Shown: piece after piece, positions 33,153-37,922 of the stretch
How the letters are laid out: every line of letters begins with the position of its first letter
How positions within the stretch are numbered: the first letter of the stretch is position 1
IMG/VR virus record: IMGVR_UViG_3300042887_005646
DNA from: an uncultured virus (IMG/VR IMGVR_UViG_3300042887_005646)
Lineage: Duplodnaviria; Heunggongvirae; Uroviricota; Caudoviricetes
Reading direction: 5' to 3' (one strand)
Length of the DNA stretch: 37,922 bases
Notes under the pieces: model-generated
Told to the model about the DNA's origin: nothing
The model's input: only the letters and a program-made list of their open reading frames with translations
The model's database searches: none
Program-made: the position numbers and the translations under genes

Positions 33153-33773
33153 TTAGACGTCGTTTTTCGCGACCGTGACGGCTTCCTCGACTTTCTCTGC
33201 GACCTGAGCCGCAGCCTGGGCAGGCTTTTTAGCGCGGAGAGCAGCCTTCTTCTTGGCGTAATCGCTGACCTTAGACGGCGAATCGTCCTCGCCATCCCAA
33301 TCAAAGTCGGGCTCCAGGCGCGAAGCAACAATGTATCCGCCACGGATGCAGTCAAGGAAGTCCTCAAGGCAGACAATTCTGTCGCCCTTTCTGAAGTAAA
33401 TGTCACCACGGCAAGCGATAGCCGGGATAACTCTACCCTCATCGAAGCGCTTAATGCTTACGCCGGCGAAGTTACCGAGCTTTCTGCCGAGAGAGGACTC
33501 TTCGTCCTCAGTAATAACGTCGATCTTAATTCTGCAGGGCGACTTGGGCTTAATCGCCAGCGCCTTCGCGGCCTCGTCCAGCCCGGGGTGCTTAGCGTTA
33601 AGCTGCCGAGAGACGCCTCCCTGGCTGCACATCTTAATTAAGGCCGCAAGGGGCATAAGGCGCACAGCCTTCTTACCTCTGAAAACGAGGATCTCGTTAT
33701 CAGGGTAAATAATGCCGATAGCGTCGGCGCCCGGGAGAGTAATCTTAACAAGCTGACAAGTCTTTTTAGCCAT
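33153..33773 (-). CDS. Hypothetical protein (206 aa)
   Basis: TAAGGAG RBS; lies between repeat copies 3 and 4. Confidence 0.85.
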   Translation of the reverse strand: MAKKTCQLVKITLPGADAIGIIYPDNEILVFRGKKAVRLMPLAALIKMCSQGGVSRQLNAKHPGLDEAAKALAIKPKSPCRIKIDVITEDEESSLGRKLGNFAGVSIKRFDEGRVIPAIACRGDIYFRKGDRIVCLEDFLDCIRGGYIVASRLEPDFDWDGEDDSPSKVSDYAKKKAALRAKKPAQAAAQVAEKVEEAVTVAKNDV

Positions 33774-33811
33774 TTTAACTCCTTATTAGTTAATGGACTG
33801 GGTCTGCCGCC

Positions 33812-33838
33812 GAAACCCCGTGGCGTCAACCTACGGGG
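33812..33838. repeat. Intergenic 27-bp hairpin repeat, copy 4
   Basis: GAAACCCCGTGGCGTCAACCTACGGGG. Confidence 0.95.
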
Positions 33839-33860
33839 TGGGCGGAAGGGAGTTCCTAGC

Positions 33861-34736
33861 TTACGGGGCCGGGAATCTCATACAGTGCAACGTAACATTG
33901 AGCGATGCGATGTAGTCAAACAGGTAGACCGACGAGGTAATACCGGTCGAGGGCTGCGGAACGAGCTTGGGCACGCGGCAGTTAATACGAATCGTCTCGG
34001 CTCTGCTGATGTACGGGATAAGATCCCAGATGTACGAAAGCTTACCGTCGCCACACCACTCAGAAAGAGGCGCGTAGTCGGTGAAGATGTTCTCGTTGTT
34101 AGCGCGCTCGAGCTTGCCCTCAATGTAGTCCATAGGAGCCACATTGTTGTTAAAGGGGCCAGTCTCAATGCTGTTGGCGAAAGCGGCGTTCAGAACCGGG
34201 TCAGTGACCGTGGCCGTTACCTTACGAATGTAGGTAGCGAACGGGAAATAATACTCCAGCGTGAACTCCGCGTTCTGATCGTTCGTCGGGTCTTCGCTAT
34301 TAAGAATGATATTAGTAATCTTCTTAGGAACGATGAAAGGACGAAGAATCGTCTGGGGACCTAACTGCTCGCCGGCCTGACGCGAAAGGGCGTCAAGTCG
34401 GGACATTTCGCCAGGGGTACGCTCAGCCAGGAACTGGTCCTGGAAAGTGTTACCCTGCGGGTACATCATCGGGCTGCCGGGGCCCTGCTGACGTACGGGC
34501 TCAGAATTTCCCATGCCCTGCTGATAATAGCCGGCGTGCTGATGCTGAGGCGGAATAGTTCCGGGCGGAAACTGGCCCGGCGGATAGTGCCCTGGTCCAT
34601 AAGGGCCAGGGCCCTGGGCGACATACCCATTTGGCGACTGAGAGGCCGGCGGGCTCGGCTGAGCCGGGGCGTATGGATAACTCGGCCCACCGAAAGGATA
34701 CTGCGGCTGATCTAAAGGTGATCTTCTATTACTCAT
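33861..34736 (-). CDS. Candidate second/minor jelly-roll capsid protein with P/G/Q/Y-rich N-terminal arm (291 aa)
   Basis: About 100-aa low-complexity arm, then about 165 aa of beta-strand-like pattern ending LNVTLHCMRF. Directly downstream of the capsid candidate. The ORF is clear; the function is inferred. Confidence 0.45.
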   Translation of the reverse strand: MSNRRSPLDQPQYPFGGPSYPYAPAQPSPPASQSPNGYVAQGPGPYGPGHYPPGQFPPGTIPPQHQHAGYYQQGMGNSEPVRQQGPGSPMMYPQGNTFQDQFLAERTPGEMSRLDALSRQAGEQLGPQTILRPFIVPKKITNIILNSEDPTNDQNAEFTLEYYFPFATYIRKVTATVTDPVLNAAFANSIETGPFNNNVAPMDYIEGKLERANNENIFTDYAPLSEWCGDGKLSYIWDLIPYISRAETIRINCRVPKLVPQPSTGITSSVYLFDYIASLNVTLHCMRFPAP

Positions 34737-34763
34737 TTGTTTAAGCTCCGTTTATTCCTAACG

Positions 34764-34797
34764 AAAAGAGCCGCGCCACTTTTCAATGACGCGGCTC
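34764..34797 (-). terminator. Intrinsic terminator after the capsid candidate
   Basis: Minus strand GAGCCGCGTCAT-loop-GTGGCGCGGCTC followed by TTTT. Confidence 0.8.
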
Positions 34798-34840
34798 CTA
34801 GGGCCAGAGTTATCTGGTAGGTGTCTTACGCTGTCGGGTA

Positions 34841-35551
34841 TTACGCCGAGACAACGTTGAAGCGCCAGCCGGTCATGACAAGACCAACAACCGCCGTCGA
34901 GACGATCGGGTTGTTCTCAGCCTTCGGGGCGGGAGCCTGCGTGATGAAGGCGGGCTGGTGAAGACGCAGTTTAAAAATAATCTGCTGCTTCGCGGGGAAG
35001 AAGAGACCGCCGTCGGCCGGAAGGCGACGAGCAACCGTACCACCGTTGGTGGGGAAGCTGATCGTGCTGTTCGCCACCGTGGTCGAAGCTGCCTTCGACT
35101 GGGTGCCGTACTCAGCGCAGGGCCAGTAGCGGGTCGCGCCGCACTCCCAGGTCATCGAAAGACGCTCCTGGTAGATCGACGTCTCCGAGGTAACCCAGTC
35201 GGTGATGTGCGAGGGGCAGGAGGTGAAGACGTCAACGCCGAGCGAGTCAGCGATGAACTCCGAGCCAGCGGGGATCTTACCGCTGTCCTTGAGGTTCGTC
35301 TGGGCCTGGGTCAGCGGGCGAGACTGAGCGTTGGCCGTTGCGTAATCCTGGTACCAACCCTGGCCCGTCTGACCGACGCCAGCAGAGAAGAACACGATCT
35401 CCTGCTGGGTGATGAGACCAGTCGTCTTATCCGCATATCCTGCGAGGTTGACCTGCGAGTACAGGGGCTCGTAGAAAATCGTCTGAGCGATGTTCTGGTT
35501 GGTGAGGAAGGTATTCATTGCGGTCTTAGCAGCACTAGCGTTCTGGAACAT
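34841..35551 (-). CDS. Candidate major capsid protein, single-jelly-roll type (236 aa)
   Basis: AGGAG RBS, own promoter and terminator, strong GC3 codon bias. Pattern PLY...FF...GQ...T...TNL...G.IP....F....LGV and terminal strand LVMTGW recall uncharacterised viral capsid-like proteins (recollection, not a search). Confidence 0.55.
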   Translation of the reverse strand: MFQNASAAKTAMNTFLTNQNIAQTIFYEPLYSQVNLAGYADKTTGLITQQEIVFFSAGVGQTGQGWYQDYATANAQSRPLTQAQTNLKDSGKIPAGSEFIADSLGVDVFTSCPSHITDWVTSETSIYQERLSMTWECGATRYWPCAEYGTQSKAASTTVANSTISFPTNGGTVARRLPADGGLFFPAKQQIIFKLRLHQPAFITQAPAPKAENNPIVSTAVVGLVMTGWRFNVVSA

Positions 35552-35595
35552 GGGTTACTCCTGTTGTTGTTCCGTTGAAAAATTCAATTATGAGA

Positions 35596-35623
35596 GTCTT
35601 AGCACAGTAAAAGTGGTTTGCAA
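35596..35623 (-). promoter_or_regulatory. Putative promoter of the capsid candidate
   Basis: Minus strand TTGCAA-16 nt-TAAGAC with TGC before the -10. Confidence 0.5.
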
Positions 35624-35625
35624 GA

Positions 35626-35653
35626 GGTTTGCTCAACTTTTTTTGAGCAAACC
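35626..35653. promoter_or_regulatory. Perfect 11-bp inverted repeat (terminator, RNA-stabilising hairpin or operator)
   Basis: GGTTTGCTCAA-6 nt-TTGAGCAAACC between the 409-aa gene stop and the -35 box. Confidence 0.6.
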
Positions 35654-35667
35654 CCTAGCTTACCGAA

Positions 35668-36897
35668 TTAGCACATCTGGGGGACGGTGACCTGGTTGCC
35701 CTGCATGACGCTGTGGGGCGCCACGACGGGGACCGGGAGCTCAGCGGCCGTGAATACGGTGCCAAGCATGCCCTCGTCGTCAAAGATGCTACCGAGCATT
35801 GCGTTGGTCTCGGGAAGGTTCTCGAGGACGGTGGCGCCCATGCCGTAGTCGCCATAGCTACCATGCATGTCGCTGTAGTCATAGGTACCAAGCATCGCGT
35901 TGGGGTCGTTCAGGCCCGGGAGAACCAGAGCGCCGTTCATCGCGGGCGAGGGGCCGGTGAGGGCGAAGGTGCCAGCCGCGGGGCCGGTGAGGGCCATAAC
36001 GCCCGAAGCGGGGACGAGTTCGGCTCTCTTGAGGCCATCATAGGCGAGGACGGCGCCAGCGGCGATCGCGGCCGGACGGATGTCGAAGCCGATCTTGCCA
36101 CCAAAGCGCTCCTGAAGGTAGTCACCAGCGACGGCAACCAGAGCGCCAGCGGCGAGGTGCGCGTAACCGATGAACTTCGGGTTCTCCTTGAGGTAGCCAA
36201 TGCTGCTGAGACCGTCGCCAACGATCGGAGCAAGGCGGGCAGCGATAAACGCGCCAGCGATAAGCAGACCGGTCTGGATCAGGGTCGCCTTCACGTCAAA
36301 GCCGGGGTTATGGCGACGAGCGTGAGCGCGGTGACGTCTGACACGACGGGGGTTGGCGTGACGGCCCTTGGCGTGGGCGCGACGGAGGCGGGCCGAGGGA
36401 TTCGCGGCGCGCTTCGACTTCTTCTTGCCGGCCTTACCCTTTTTCTTGCCCTTCTTGCCAAGTGCGCTCATGAATTCGCGCATCTCGGGCGAGCCCTTAC
36501 CAGCAGCGAAAGCCTCGGCGCGGGTAACCTTACGCGCTTTGCCCTTGCCGCTTCTCTTGGCGGGCGACTTCGCCTTCGACTTCGACTTCGACTTCGACTT
36601 CGACTTCGACTTCGACTTCGACTTCGACTTCGACTTCGACTTCGCCTTGGTCTTAGGGGCGGCCTTCTTCTTGCCGGCCTTCTTCTTGCCCTTGTTCGCC
36701 ACGCGGCCAAGGCCGCCGGCGTCGATAAGGTCACGAGCGGAAGCCGAAAGCTTAGCGCCGCCTCTTCTCAGACGGGGATTGCCAACGCGGGACAGTGCAT
36801 CATGTAGGGACATCTTCTTCATTGTCTTCTTCTCCTTTAACTGTGAGTGCGAGGGGCTCGGATTTGTGACTCTCGCTGGAATCCATTTAACAGACAT
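35668..36897 (-). CDS. Lys/Arg-rich putative DNA-condensing membrane protein (409 aa) with five RxxNP motifs
   Basis: About 200-aa basic half with (SK)11 and RVTNP, RVGNP, RAANP, RHANP, RRHNP; then three hydrophobic helices and an acidic tail; strong GC3 bias. Confidence 0.8.
   Translation of the reverse strand: MSVKWIPARVTNPSPSHSQLKEKKTMKKMSLHDALSRVGNPRLRRGGAKLSASARDLIDAGGLGRVANKGKKKAGKKKAAPKTKAKSKSKSKSKSKSKSKSKSKSKSKAKSPAKRSGKGKARKVTRAEAFAAGKGSPEMREFMSALGKKGKKKGKAGKKKSKRAANPSARLRRAHAKGRHANPRRVRRHRAHARRHNPGFDVKATLIQTGLLIAGAFIAARLAPIVGDGLSSIGYLKENPKFIGYAHLAAGALVAVAGDYLQERFGGKIGFDIRPAAIAAGAVLAYDGLKRAELVPASGVMALTGPAAGTFALTGPSPAMNGALVLPGLNDPNAMLGTYDYSDMHGSYGDYGMGATVLENLPETNAMLGSIFDDEGMLGTVFTAAELPVPVVAPHSVMQGNQVTVPQMC
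36574..36639. repeat. Perfect hexamer microsatellite (CTTCGA)x11 encoding Ser-Lys repeats
   Basis: Counted directly. Confidence 0.95.
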
Positions 36898-36979
36898 TTT
36901 TTATCTCCGTGGGATGTTTAATGCTATATTAACTTTAGTTTTGCAACATATAGATGTGTGTATTTCTGTGTATAAAACA

Positions 36980-37453
36980 CTAATTTATGATGCCGTGCTC
37001 GATGATATGCGGATCACCATCTCTGTGCTCAATTGCGTAGCTGGGCTTAAATCTAGAGGCTAAAAGAACAGGGCCTCCTTTATTTTTCTCGGCCTTAGTG
37101 GTCACGACCCAAAGGAAAGGAGTATATATTCTTCCTTTATTTCCTTCTTCATCGAGAGTTTCAAAGTCAATGACCCGCCCAAGCGCTATTAAATCTTTGC
37201 CGGGCGTAGGAAACTCGATTAGCTCCTCGCCCTTTTTAGGCCTTCCGGTGGCTGCTACTAAAAGATAGGGGAATCTGCCTTTCTTTTTGCCGAAGTCGTG
37301 GCGGTAAACAGTAGGCTCGCCATCTTTAACAGTGACGTAAGAAATCGCCTCTAATTGAATTGTGGGCGCGCCGCTTCCTTCAGGCACGTAGAGTTTTTCT
37401 ACATACCTAGAGGGAGTGCCCCAGTGTAAAAGCTCGTAGCTAAGCTTACTCAC
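36980..37453 (-). CDS. Small beta-rich protein (157 aa; start revised to GTG 37453) with HWG, YRHDF and C-terminal HGIIN
   Basis: GGAGG RBS before GTG; 8-nt overlap with the upstream gene replaces the 206-nt overlap in the ORF track. Confidence 0.8.
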   Translation of the reverse strand: MSKLSYELLHWGTPSRYVEKLYVPEGSGAPTIQLEAISYVTVKDGEPTVYRHDFGKKKGRFPYLLVAATGRPKKGEELIEFPTPGKDLIALGRVIDFETLDEEGNKGRIYTPFLWVVTTKAEKNKGGPVLLASRFKPSYAIEHRDGDPHIIEHGIIN

Positions 37454-37913
37454 AAGGCCTCCAAGTCTGTGTCTCTTCGTCGAAATACTCGGCGCCGCTA
37501 ACATAGCTGTCAGACTTAGCCTTTTTATAGCCAGAAGTACCTGCGGCGCCTTTCGGGGCGGATTTAGTCTCTTCAAAACCTGCGGCGATATTATTGGTGC
37601 CGTCAAGGGCCTGCTGGAAAATCTCTGTGTCTCCAGTGGCATTTTGCACAATGAGCTCTAAGAGCGCTCCCACTTTTCGTATACCGGCGTGTCCTCCGGC
37701 ACGGATTACTGCCTCGGCCTTATCGGCAAGCGCCTGAGGCAGGCTCTTAGTGTCCGTAACTCGCTGGTAAACGATCTGGTTAGTAGAACGGCGCGTATTC
37801 TGGTACTGCGCAATGCCGTACCCAGCAATTGCGCAAAGGAACATAACGCCAATATCCTTCATGACATCGCGTTCTTCTGACACGTCTTTCTCCACATTTT
37901 CAGAGTTGGACAT
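37446..37913 (-). CDS. Single-pass membrane protein (155 aa)
   Basis: AGGT RBS; hydrophobic IGVMFLCAIAGYGIA segment near the N-terminus. Confidence 0.8.
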   Translation of the reverse strand: MSNSENVEKDVSEERDVMKDIGVMFLCAIAGYGIAQYQNTRRSTNQIVYQRVTDTKSLPQALADKAEAVIRAGGHAGIRKVGALLELIVQNATGDTEIFQQALDGTNNIAAGFEETKSAPKGAAGTSGYKKAKSDSYVSGAEYFDEETQTWRPCE

Positions 37914-37922
37914 AACTACCTA

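Noticed and set aside
32792..33641. 216-aa minus-strand and 226-aa plus-strand ORFs
   Set aside because: They cross an intergenic repeat and overlap two genes that have good RBSs and mutual homology.
31307..33838. 27-bp repeats as a CRISPR array or integron attC sites
   Set aside because: Spacing is about 500-1300 bp and contains whole genes; no cas genes; no RYYYAAC/GTTRRRY ends and no integrase in the window.
35713..37063. Plus-strand ORFs with (LR)n and (FD)n, and a minus-frame ORF with (SR)n
   Set aside because: Alternative frames of the (CTTCGA)11 microsatellite inside the 409-aa gene.
37454..37651. N-terminal extension of the 223-aa ORF
   Set aside because: Overlaps the 155-aa gene by about 200 nt; GGAGG-GTG at 37453 is a better start.
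1..37922. tRNA, rRNA, alternative genetic code or transposase
   Set aside because: None recognised by eye; standard-code ORFs already tile the minus strand densely. A tRNA or covariance-model scan was not run.

Overview
This 37.9-kb window is almost fully coding, with about 31 genes all on the minus strand, standard genetic code, Shine-Dalgarno sites and sigma70-like promoters. It shows no cellular housekeeping genes and no recognisable terminase, portal or tail genes. The best reading (inference) is the virion/morphogenesis region of a large, uncharacterised bacterial virus, probably tailless and membrane-containing. In transcription order (right to left) it has: a membrane protein; a small His-containing beta protein; a Lys/Arg-rich protein with hydrophobic helices; two candidate single-jelly-roll capsid proteins; a run of small genes separated by a conserved 27-bp hairpin; a ten-gene paralog array (A-B-C-D-E-E'-A'-B'-C'-D'); and several very large, mostly helical proteins (1005, 1954 and 2875 aa). 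The 2875-aa protein carries a degenerate DarG/TARG1-type macrodomain and a YpsA/DUF1273-type SLOG domain. The most striking signal is a short motif, R-x-x-N-P, present about 22 times in the disordered ends and linkers of nine otherwise unrelated proteins, often where a basic peptide meets a membrane or folded domain. It suggests a shared proteolytic-maturation or virion-sorting system. All family calls come from reading motifs by eye; no searches were run.
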